The notes under the pieces: model-generated
Seen by the model: only the letters and a program-made list of their open reading frames with translations
Databases searched by the model: none
What the model was told of the DNA's origin: nothing
Position numbers and translations under genes: made by a program
Part shown: positions 8,729 through 16,468 of the stretch, piece after piece
Layout: the number at the start of each line of letters is the position of its first letter
How positions within the stretch are numbered: the first letter of the stretch is position 1
Source of the DNA: a virus
Lineage: Duplodnaviria > Caudoviricetes
Length of the DNA stretch: 34,366 nt
Direction: 5' to 3' (one strand)
Virus record (IMG/VR): IMGVR_UViG_3300044698_000197
Span: 1 to 34,366 of that record

Positions 8729-9418
8729 TTACAATTCAACGTTTGCATCAATCCAGATCTTCACTCGCTCGTAAATGTCTTTTCGGAACTCGGTTTTGAT
8801 GCGCCCGAGCGTCGCAATTGCGGTATTTCCGAGCTTTACGGCAAGATCGCTTTCGGTTGTGTTGCCGGTTTCTTTTTGTATCTCCTGGTGAGCCTGGTCA
8901 AGGGATTTTTCCCCTGATTCAATCTGTTTTGCTTTTTCGGGTGATATTTTGAGCACCTTTTTTGCTTTCTTGACAGATGCTGGGGAGACGTTCATTTTTT
9001 TTGCGGCGGCGTTAACAGATGTTTTTTTCTTCGCCGGAGGTTTCAGGGTTGCCGGGTCGGTGGTCGTCGGGTTAGGATCGGCTTTTTCTTCATCCGGTTT
9101 CCCGACAGTCATATCGGAAATTCTTGCGGCGATCATCGCCCGCTGGCTTGCCGACAAGTGACGCCGGTGCAGATTGTGAGACGCGACAAACTGCAACGCC
9201 TCTTCATCGGTGCCGGTGAATATCTTGATTTTCGGCATAACACCGGCAATCTTGCAGGCAGAATACCGGTTTCGTCCGTCAAGAATGTCATTTTGATAAA
9301 TGACAACCGGCTCTTGAAGGCCATTTTTTTTGATGTCTTCGGCCAGCTCCTGCAGTTCCGCTTCCGGCAGCATCGGGAAAATATCGGCATACCGATGCGG
9401 TTTTCGATCTGTGGACAT
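8729..9418 (-). CDS. ParB/Srx N-terminal domain protein with HTH
   Basis: LAEDIKKNGLQEPV...ILDGRNRY..C, NLHRRHL. Start moved to ATG 9418 (GGAGG RBS). Confidence 0.88.
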   Translation of the reverse strand: MSTDRKPHRYADIFPMLPEAELQELAEDIKKNGLQEPVVIYQNDILDGRNRYSACKIAGVMPKIKIFTGTDEEALQFVASHNLHRRHLSASQRAMIAARISDMTVGKPDEEKADPNPTTTDPATLKPPAKKKTSVNAAAKKMNVSPASVKKAKKVLKISPEKAKQIESGEKSLDQAHQEIQKETGNTTESDLAVKLGNTAIATLGRIKTEFRKDIYERVKIWIDANVEL

Positions 9419-9476
9419 AGTACCTCCGTTTTTTTGTGGTTTGAGAAACAACACTATCAATATGTATTAATCCTCG

Positions 9477-9499
9477 ATTAAAAAAAAGATTATTTTTTT
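9477..9499. repeat. 23-bp element with an inverted copy at 3275-3297
   Basis: ATTAAAAAAAAGATT(A/G)TTTTTTT, 22 of 23 identical; both copies lie in promoter regions. Low complexity. Confidence 0.5.
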
Positions 9500-9573
9500 A
9501 AGGTAGTTATTTTGTAGCTGTAAGTCATTGATTTTTATGGTGATATTTTTTATAAAAATAATTGTTTTTTTTG

Positions 9574-9602
9574 TTGAATATCATATTACGATAGTGTATA
9601 TT
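9574..9602 (+). promoter_or_regulatory. Putative sigma70-like promoter for the plus-strand cassette
   Basis: TTGAAT-N17-TATATT, followed by an AGGAG RBS and ATG 9644. Confidence 0.6.
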
Positions 9603-9643
9603 ATAAGATCAAGCAGAACAAACCAAACCAAACAGGAGGAAAA

Positions 9644-9856
9644 ATGAAACGAGCAATCCAGTACAAAAACGGTAATGGTGATACGACCTCGGTCAGTGTT
9701 AACGATCGTAATCAAGCCGACATACACTCGGTCCGGGTTGCTGTGCGCCGTATATCCGGCCCCGTTGGTGATCGGATCGTGTTGTCCGCCGACGACCGCA
9801 AAAACGGCGAAATAACGGTATATGACGGACAAACGGCGGTAATGATCATTGCGTAA
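9644..9856 (+). CDS. Hypothetical early protein
   Basis: Strong AGGAG RBS; downstream of the promoter. Confidence 0.8.
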   Translation: MKRAIQYKNGNGDTTSVSVNDRNQADIHSVRVAVRRISGPVGDRIVLSADDRKNGEITVYDGQTAVMIIA

Positions 9857-9866
9857 CAACTAACCA

Positions 9867-9880
9867 GCCCGGCAACGGGC
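9867..9880 (+). promoter_or_regulatory. GNRA-tetraloop hairpin (boxB-like)
   Basis: GCCCG-GCAA-CGGGC; no U-tract after it. Confidence 0.5.
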
Positions 9881-9897
9881 ACAGAACGGAGCGATTT

Positions 9898-10062
9898 ATG
9901 ATTCCCTTCATAGTTCCTGGAGTTTTTTTTCTGATAATAATTTTCCTGTTTTTATTCTGTACTGTGAAGAAAAAACCTGTCAACAGTCAAGTAGAAACAA
10001 CCTTCGACCGTGACCGAATCGTCGCTCATAGAGACAAAAAAACACTCATCATCCCGGAGTGA
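9898..10062 (+). CDS. 54-aa single-pass membrane protein
   Basis: Below the track cutoff; GGAG RBS; MIPFIVPGVFFLIIIFLFLFCTVKKK. Confidence 0.65.
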   Translation: MIPFIVPGVFFLIIIFLFLFCTVKKKPVNSQVETTFDRDRIVAHRDKKTLIIPE

Positions 10063-10065
10063 AAA

Positions 10066-10254
10066 ATGAAAAACACAACTGATTGCTGGCTGTCCTGTGA
10101 ATGGGATAATTCAAAAGAGTTGGTAAGGTGTCGGAAATGTCAAGAAATACCTGATAAAATTTACTACCGACAGGACAAGCCAGGCTCAACCACGGGCGAT
10201 TACTGGTGCCGGAAGTGCGCCGAAACGACAGAACAGGAGATTGTTGATGAATAA
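10066..10254 (+). CDS. Small zinc-ribbon protein
   Basis: CRKC...CRKC; GGAG RBS. Confidence 0.7.
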   Translation: MKNTTDCWLSCEWDNSKELVRCRKCQEIPDKIYYRQDKPGSTTGDYWCRKCAETTEQEIVDE

Positions 10255-10465
10255 AACTATAGAGATAATCCGCTTTTTGCGGCATAATCCGATGTCTTCG
10301 ACTTCGGAAATATTACTACATGTAAATATTTCTCAAGCCGGTTTCTATCGACACAAGAAAACCGCACTTAAAATTCTTGGTGTTGAGATATCTTTTTCTA
10401 CCCATGGCAATAATCAAGGGTACGAAATAACCTCTTACGGTATCATAGATAGGTACAAATTATGA
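10247..10465 (+). CDS. Winged-HTH-like protein
   Basis: STSEILLHVNISQAGFYRHK...LGVEI...GYEI, resembling an HTH_11-type domain; start at ATG 10247. Confidence 0.65.
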   Translation: MNKTIEIIRFLRHNPMSSTSEILLHVNISQAGFYRHKKTALKILGVEISFSTHGNNQGYEITSYGIIDRYKL

Positions 10466-10638
10466 TAAAAGCTGAAATAACCGGAAGAAAACAAAACTTG
10501 TATTCAGCAATAAACACACCGAGGTTTTGCGGGAACTGTGTTTATTGCGGAAACAATTGTATGAAAACTGCAAAATGTCAAGCTTGTTACTCTTCAACCG
10601 ATCCTAAAAAGCCACATTATAAGAGAAAAAAGTTATAA
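10462..10638 (+). CDS. 58-aa Cys-rich protein
   Basis: Below the track cutoff; ATGA overlap; CGNCVYC...CQAC. Confidence 0.6.
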   Translation: MIKAEITGRKQNLYSAINTPRFCGNCVYCGNNCMKTAKCQACYSSTDPKKPHYKRKKL

Positions 10639-10670
10639 GGCAGACTTTAAAATCACTTAGTGGGGAAACG

Positions 10671-10790
10671 ATGCAGGAACTAAACCAGATTGCAAAAGCC
10701 ATTGCATCCATCGAAAGAATCATTTCTGAAATGGATGAGCAGATCAAAAAAAACGAAGCTGTCTTAGGCGTCATTCACGAAGAAATTTGA
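10671..10790 (+). CDS. 39-aa coiled-coil-like micro-ORF
   Basis: GGGGA RBS; MQELNQIAKAIASIERIISEMDEQIKK. Confidence 0.45.
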   Translation: MQELNQIAKAIASIERIISEMDEQIKKNEAVLGVIHEEI

Positions 10791-10793
10791 ATG

Positions 10794-11597
10794 TTATATT
10801 TTTGCCACCCATCGAGTGTCATCAATCCATTTCATTTCCGCTTTCATTTGACGCGCTTTACAATAGTCGTAGAGCGCGTCGAATACTGAGCTATATGCAT
10901 GGCCCATGACAAGGCGTCCAATCAAGCCGCGCTTACGTATGGCCTCGGAGCGTACCTTCGGTAGCTTAAGTTCAATTCCAACGTGTTTCAGCAGTGGTAT
11001 TCCTACCGAGTCAACCAAATCGTTGTACATAACTGGCCGAACAGTAACCGATCCAAGCACGGATTTGTCATATTCGTCCGCTGCCGATGCAATGAAAACC
11101 GGTGGGGAGCAATATGGTATAACACGTTTAGGCATTGCCCCGAGTTCACGAAGTGCCCACCGTGCAGCCGGAATAGTTCGGTTTCGCGAATGTCCAATAA
11201 TGTAAAAACCATCACGGTATTTGTCTATTTTATCGGCAAAAAACCTTGCAGCGTGTTCTCCCGCTTTGATAAAATCGACGTGTCCCCCAAGCTCGTAATA
11301 TTCTGGCCGCTCGATCTGCGGTGAAAAGTCAGAAACCCAACCAGGTTCAAAAAGTCCTCCTTCGGTCCCTAGGTTGGCAATCAGCAGTTTTCCTTCATGC
11401 TCGATCGAATACGAAAAGTCAAGCTTTGATGATATCGGCATCTTCGTAACTACTGCACTGGGGAGCCACTTTTCAACCAGGTCATCGATGTAGTCGAACC
11501 GGTCGCCGTCGCCGTCGCCTGAATCTTCTTTGTGTCGCGCCGCAAGTGCAACATAAGGAAAGAAATAGGCTACATCCCACATGTTAATCTTATTCAT
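10794..11597 (-). CDS. Class-3 lipase-like alpha/beta hydrolase
   Basis: Motifs in the expected order: LGTE, H..F, IIGHSR (Ser), YCSPPV, NDLV (Asp), HVG, HAY (His). Confidence 0.75.
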   Translation of the reverse strand: MNKINMWDVAYFFPYVALAARHKEDSGDGDGDRFDYIDDLVEKWLPSAVVTKMPISSKLDFSYSIEHEGKLLIANLGTEGGLFEPGWVSDFSPQIERPEYYELGGHVDFIKAGEHAARFFADKIDKYRDGFYIIGHSRNRTIPAARWALRELGAMPKRVIPYCSPPVFIASAADEYDKSVLGSVTVRPVMYNDLVDSVGIPLLKHVGIELKLPKVRSEAIRKRGLIGRLVMGHAYSSVFDALYDYCKARQMKAEMKWIDDTRWVAKI

Positions 11598-11839
11598 TTT
11601 TTCCCCACTGCATTCCGAAGTCCATCTGCACCGATTTTAAGCCCGACAAAGGCCATGGCAAAACCGACGGTCGTAAGCCAACCAGGAAGAGAGATCGTCA
11701 ATCCTGCCCCTGCTGCTGCAGCGGGGAAGGCAACTATCGCCCCTCCTGCGGTAGTGAGCCATGATCCGACTTTAGACCATGAGATTGTACCGTCTTCACG
11801 GAGCAGAGTTTTTGCCAGTGTTTTTTTTAGTGCATTCAT
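11594..11839 (-). CDS. Holin-like protein with two hydrophobic segments
   Basis: Start moved to ATG 11839 (GGAGG RBS, ATGA overlap); basic C-terminus; lysis position. Confidence 0.6.
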   Translation of the reverse strand: MNALKKTLAKTLLREDGTISWSKVGSWLTTAGGAIVAFPAAAAGAGLTISLPGWLTTVGFAMAFVGLKIGADGLRNAVGKK

Positions 11840-12084
11840 TTGAATTCCTCCAGTGTATCGGTTGAGGTTACGCGCCATTTTCCATTTTCGCGGACAATCC
11901 AATCAACTATGGTGCCACTGTTAGCTGACCGGAAAAGGGTACATGTGTCTACCGTCATAGGGATTACTGCCGGTGCCAATGCTCCGGGAGATATCATCAC
12001 GCAGCCCGGAGAGCAAATAGCGACAACCAGTAATAGTATTGCATAGGTAACCACAATGATTATTCCGGCGATTGCTGTTTTCAT
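11836..12084 (-). CDS. Membrane-anchored or lipoprotein-like protein (possible spanin component)
   Basis: Long N-terminal hydrophobic helix followed by CSPGC. Confidence 0.5.
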   Translation of the reverse strand: MKTAIAGIIIVVTYAILLLVVAICSPGCVMISPGALAPAVIPMTVDTCTLFRSANSGTIVDWIVRENGKWRVTSTDTLEEFK

Positions 12085-12455
12085 TTAATAGCCGCCTTCA
12101 ACAGTATATTCACTTTCTCATCAACACCGTTTATATGCTCTTTCAGATCGGCCCTAGTCTCAGATATTGCTCGTTGTAAAGCTTCAATGTTTCCGTGACA
12201 ATCGGCCCTCAATACAAATTCTGATCTTTTCGGTATGCTTTCAAGGGTTTCTATGGCGTCGGACAATGATTTTTGTAGGACGTTAATATGTGCATTAGAA
12301 TCGGATCTTGAAACGAAAGAGGCACGACTCGAAAACATCTCCTTCATCGCCCCGCTTTTCCAGAGCGTGAAAATTACAAATGCGAGTATTACGTACTGAG
12401 GGCCATACGAACCAAGCATTTTAAATATTTCTGCCAGTTCCTTCATGATCTCCAC
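12081..12455 (-). CDS. Holin-like protein (N-terminal transmembrane helix plus coiled coil)
   Basis: YVILAFVIFTLW, then a heptad-rich region. Confidence 0.55.
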   Translation of the reverse strand: MEIMKELAEIFKMLGSYGPQYVILAFVIFTLWKSGAMKEMFSSRASFVSRSDSNAHINVLQKSLSDAIETLESIPKRSEFVLRADCHGNIEALQRAISETRADLKEHINGVDEKVNILLKAAIK

Positions 12456-12491
12456 TTTCTCCTCTTATTCCATGCCCATTGTTTTGAGCGT

Positions 12492-12529
12492 CGCAGCATT
12501 TCGGCCCCGGTTGCTGCATCGGTCCGGGG
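12492..12529 (-). ncRNA. Candidate H-type pseudoknot upstream of the lysis cluster
   Basis: CCCCGG/CCGGGG and GCAGCA/UGCUGC stems are interleaved. Confidence 0.5.
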
Positions 12530-12540
12530 TCACTTTTGAT

Positions 12541-12825
12541 TTACCAATCCTCAGTAGTTACAGCTTTTTTCGCTTCCATTTCTTCCCACCGTCGAACCTT
12601 TTTACTCAATTCGTCAATAACAACAAATCTTGACCACTGCAACGCTGTACATGAGTCCACCCATACCGGATTCTCTTCGGTGCCAGTATTAATCTGAGGA
12701 ATAGGTCGGAATCCGCACACTGCAGACGAAAGCCTGCTTGCCTTATTTGCTGTCAGGTTGATGGTGAGCGTTACCTGTGCGGTAGCGGCAAACGATAATA
12801 GTAAAACAACAATCATATTTTTCAT
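12541..12825 (-). CDS. Exported small protein with signal peptide
   Basis: MKNMIVVLLLSFAATA|Q, a typical AxA cleavage site. Confidence 0.75.
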   Translation of the reverse strand: MKNMIVVLLLSFAATAQVTLTINLTANKASRLSSAVCGFRPIPQINTGTEENPVWVDSCTALQWSRFVVIDELSKKVRRWEEMEAKKAVTTEDW

Positions 12826-13043
12826 TTCCGTTTATTCCAGTCTATGCGAGTTATTTTGCCGCGCTTCTGGATTACGGGCACGTCGTATTTTTTCTCATTC
12901 GCAAACGTTCCGACGTCGTACTCGGTAACGGTTGCAGTTACTTTATGACCTGTTCGAACGATGTTTCGTTCCTGAACCCTGGTACCGTTAATCGAGATAA
13001 ACAGTGCGAAAACTACAATTAATAATTTCAATTTGTCCCCCAT
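12822..13043 (-). CDS. Small protein with signal peptide or N-terminal anchor
   Basis: MGDKLKLLIVVFALFISING; overlaps neighbours at both ends. Confidence 0.65.
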   Translation of the reverse strand: MGDKLKLLIVVFALFISINGTRVQERNIVRTGHKVTATVTEYDVGTFANEKKYDVPVIQKRGKITRIDWNKRK

Positions 13044-16000
13044 GTTATAGATGTTCCGTATAATGTAATATACTCTGAAAAAAAGGTTGAAGCGTCTGGT
13101 GTTTCAGATAATTTAAACGAACTGACGGTGCCATCGTGGTAGAGCGTCGCTTTCATTGGTCCCGAAGACGACTGCAGTACATCAACAGTATAATACTGTC
13201 CAATACCAGCGCCATAAAAACCACTACTTGGCAAACGAATGTAAGCGGTAGAATCCTCGTCAATTATTCCTGATAATGTTGGTAGTTTAACCGTAAAAAT
13301 AGCTCCAGATCTGGCAATTTTCCCGGTACCGGCCGATACAAAACGTGTTCCTGAAAATAACGAGCAGGCCACATTTGCAGATGTAATATAGTGTCCAATT
13401 GAATCATCAAAATTTGAATTATTCAACTTCGTTCCAAGTTGCGTTTGTATAGATGAGGTAACCCCGCTCACGTATCCTATTTCGGTAGATGTTGTAGCTG
13501 AAGAAACAAGCCCCTTACTCGGATCAGTTACTACCGCCCTCAAGGCTGTAAGAACGTTAGAAGTTATTTTTCCTTTTGCCGTAAAATTGCTATCGAATGT
13601 TACAAGGTTTGTCGATACCGTAAATGGTGCATCACCTATTTCATTAGTCGCAGTAAACATGGTACCTCTATTTGCCGTGCCCGATCCGCTTATGTTTGCA
13701 AAGGACGTTCCGTAACCGTACAGGGTGCCGTTTATCCATAAGGAATCCTGCCGTGTCTCAATGGTTGGAACTGTGTTTGTACCACCAACCCCGCTGCCGA
13801 TCTTAACACTTCCTGTTGACGGCTGCAATGTTATATTTCCGGTATCGAGCACGACGATTGTAGCGTTTGCTTTGTTTACTACAAACTGTGCCCCCTTAGC
13901 TGTCTTGATATCCCAATAATCAACAATGTCGTTATAAACTCCTTTTCTCACGGCACCGGCAAAGCTTCCAGCGGCATAGGTGTGGATATAATCGGAGTCG
14001 CTGGTCGCCCCAAAGTTGCTTACAAACGAACCGTTCATTGAATATGTCACCCCACCATCATTGCTTCCCCCGTAATTATTACCGATATAGGCTATTTGAG
14101 GTCCAGAATCAGTAGTTGCATTGCCACTGCCATCAACAAACCCCTGTAGTATTAAGCCGCCTGATCCTTTTTTACCAATTGTAAAAGGCGTGTCGTTGTC
14201 TGCAGAGTATAGATACCTTGGAATTGTCACGTCCCCGGTAGTGCTGTCGTATAGTATTCGTGCGGAGTTTATTTTGTTTGCGCTCTTGAAGAATGATAGC
14301 CTTCCTGGGGTACCGCTTATGTAACTTGCTACTGAATCATCAAAATCACTTTTCGGTAATTTGGTCCCGGCAACGTACAAGGCGTATGAAGAGTCATTAA
14401 CGAATCCGGTGTCGGAACCAGCCGGGTAGGTTGTCAAGGTGTCTCCAAGTCCATTAAGGATAGTCGCCGTTGTGCCCGTTCCAAAGGTGTGGTAATGGAT
14501 TTCAACCGGCACCTGATCAACATAGCTCAATCCGCATTGTATCCACAATTGTATAGTATCGGGATTGCTTGCTGATTTTTGGAGTAACACAGCATTGGAA
14601 AACGTTTTTCCGGTCGCTGTCGTATTTACATTGTCAATTTTTAAATAGCGTTCACTCCACAGTGCTGTTGCTCCATGTTTAACAGATGCCATTAAATTCT
14701 GTTGCCTGTAACCAGGATCAGCCCTTCTTCCATACGAACGTAAGTCAATCAAGCAGTTGGCATAGTTACCATTTAAAACAACGGTAGCAGCTAAAAACCA
14801 TTTATTTAAAACTAACCCGCTTGATCCTCCCAATGCACCCCACAAAACATAGGCATGATTATTGTATGATCCGTAATCGTAGTTAAATGGTATTTTACGT
14901 GTACTATCAGAAAGTGTCGCCGTATCAACTCGCGAGTGCTTATGTAAAGCAGTGTATCCAGCGTCGGTTAGATCGGTATGGCTTGTAGCTGTCAGGTGGG
15001 TGTAATTCGCGCTGTTAAGATTGTTCAGGTTGGCATGGTCTTTATATTTTCCGAGAGTATCAGCGTGTTTATCGAGGGAATCTCTTACCCATCCGTTCCC
15101 TACAGTATCGTAGTATGATTTTGTCAAACCTCCAAGCCTTGCTGCACCTCCGGCACTGTCTACACGCATAGTAGTTGACAACCGTTTTTTCAAAGTCCCC
15201 GCACTGTCAATAACAACGGTATCCATACCGCTCGTCGGTATGTTTTCAATATTTACCGTTCCACCGGTAAAATTATGGTTCCCGGTTCCAATAAGACGGC
15301 TGTTATAAATTGCATTTGATCCATCGTAGGAATACCCGGCATCGCCGGCAGCTCCGACAGTTACGCTTTTGTTGTCTGCGAGTATATTTAAATTACCCTT
15401 GACAACATTATCAGCGGTCCCATTGCAGTATATATTATAATTTGTTGCTGCATACGCATTATTCAGATAGACACCATAATTATTAGTGCCAACACTTTGA
15501 GCATCGACACGCAATCCATAAGTGTTTGTTACAGCCCCTCCACCACTATTTGTCATGGCAGAAATCCAGTCACCCGCCAAGTTAGTTATGGTACCTGCAC
15601 CCAAATTACGAATATCATATTTCGCTCCGGCAAACCATGTTGTTGTGCCTGTATTATAATTAAAGGCGCTACAGTCAAGAGCCTTGCAGCCCTTGGCACT
15701 TGTTGACCCTTGAGCCCCGTAATATTTGAGCGCCATCTGTAAGCCTATCGCCTGAAACAATGCTACATTATCATTTATTGGCGAGCACCCAAAATAGCCC
15801 GCAATATCCTGTGCTTCACTAACCACTGTCGGCTCAAATAAAACATTTAGTTTGATTAAACTATTATAAGATGATGCACCGACGCCTAAATTTCCAACGA
15901 AATTTGCATAGTTGGTTGTCGTATTGATATATAATATGCCCGTAGTCCCATCGGCTTTTGTAATTTGTATGGCTGCTGCTCCATCTGAGGCCGGATACCA

Positions 16001-16468
16001 TCTCGGTCCGCGCAGGCCCAGATTGAAAAGTGGAGCTCCGTTGACAACTGTTTGCGGAGTAGTCTGATCAAGCCTGAGAAACAAACCGTTTTGAGCACCA
16101 TCACCTACCGTATCCCAATAAGTTGTGTCATGCCCGCCGAGGCGGTAAGAGTTCCAGGATAATGCCGACACCCTTACTGAATCAGGAGTATTTAGGGCTG
16201 TATCTGCTACGTGTGAAGCTCGAACACTGTCCGGGGTATGTAGTGCCGTGTCCGCTGCTCCTGCCGCCCTTGCAGAATCAATACTTCCTATCGTAACCCC
16301 GAGAGAATCAACCTTGACAAGCCCCATGGTATCGCCGTCAGCGTTAAAGCCGACGACATAAACAGGGCTGTTTATTGTATCTTTGTTAAGCAGTAAAACT
16401 TTCCCGAAGTGCCTGTCAACAGGAAATACTGCAAACGAAATGGATAATATTAGCGCAAAGATTTTCAT
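13028..16468 (-). CDS. Large mosaic tail-fibre/adhesin-like protein with N-terminal signal peptide
   Basis: G/T/S/N-rich beta-type modules; a fibre-like EIGYVSGVTSSIQTQL segment; position after the tail gene; MKIFALILSISFAVF N-terminus. Confidence 0.7.
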   Translation of the reverse strand: MKIFALILSISFAVFPVDRHFGKVLLLNKDTINSPVYVVGFNADGDTMGLVKVDSLGVTIGSIDSARAAGAADTALHTPDSVRASHVADTALNTPDSVRVSALSWNSYRLGGHDTTYWDTVGDGAQNGLFLRLDQTTPQTVVNGAPLFNLGLRGPRWYPASDGAAAIQITKADGTTGILYINTTTNYANFVGNLGVGASSYNSLIKLNVLFEPTVVSEAQDIAGYFGCSPINDNVALFQAIGLQMALKYYGAQGSTSAKGCKALDCSAFNYNTGTTTWFAGAKYDIRNLGAGTITNLAGDWISAMTNSGGGAVTNTYGLRVDAQSVGTNNYGVYLNNAYAATNYNIYCNGTADNVVKGNLNILADNKSVTVGAAGDAGYSYDGSNAIYNSRLIGTGNHNFTGGTVNIENIPTSGMDTVVIDSAGTLKKRLSTTMRVDSAGGAARLGGLTKSYYDTVGNGWVRDSLDKHADTLGKYKDHANLNNLNSANYTHLTATSHTDLTDAGYTALHKHSRVDTATLSDSTRKIPFNYDYGSYNNHAYVLWGALGGSSGLVLNKWFLAATVVLNGNYANCLIDLRSYGRRADPGYRQQNLMASVKHGATALWSERYLKIDNVNTTATGKTFSNAVLLQKSASNPDTIQLWIQCGLSYVDQVPVEIHYHTFGTGTTATILNGLGDTLTTYPAGSDTGFVNDSSYALYVAGTKLPKSDFDDSVASYISGTPGRLSFFKSANKINSARILYDSTTGDVTIPRYLYSADNDTPFTIGKKGSGGLILQGFVDGSGNATTDSGPQIAYIGNNYGGSNDGGVTYSMNGSFVSNFGATSDSDYIHTYAAGSFAGAVRKGVYNDIVDYWDIKTAKGAQFVVNKANATIVVLDTGNITLQPSTGSVKIGSGVGGTNTVPTIETRQDSLWINGTLYGYGTSFANISGSGTANRGTMFTATNEIGDAPFTVSTNLVTFDSNFTAKGKITSNVLTALRAVVTDPSKGLVSSATTSTEIGYVSGVTSSIQTQLGTKLNNSNFDDSIGHYITSANVACSLFSGTRFVSAGTGKIARSGAIFTVKLPTLSGIIDEDSTAYIRLPSSGFYGAGIGQYYTVDVLQSSSGPMKATLYHDGTVSSFKLSETPDASTFFSEYITLYGTSITWGTN

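Noticed and set aside
9581-9859. Minus-strand 92-aa ORF
   Set aside because: Opposite 9644..9856, which has the promoter and a strong RBS.
12492-12529. Hammerhead or SAM-II identity for the pseudoknot
   Set aside because: CCGAUG and CGAAA only loosely resemble the hammerhead core and the topology is wrong; SAM-II conserved nucleotides are absent.
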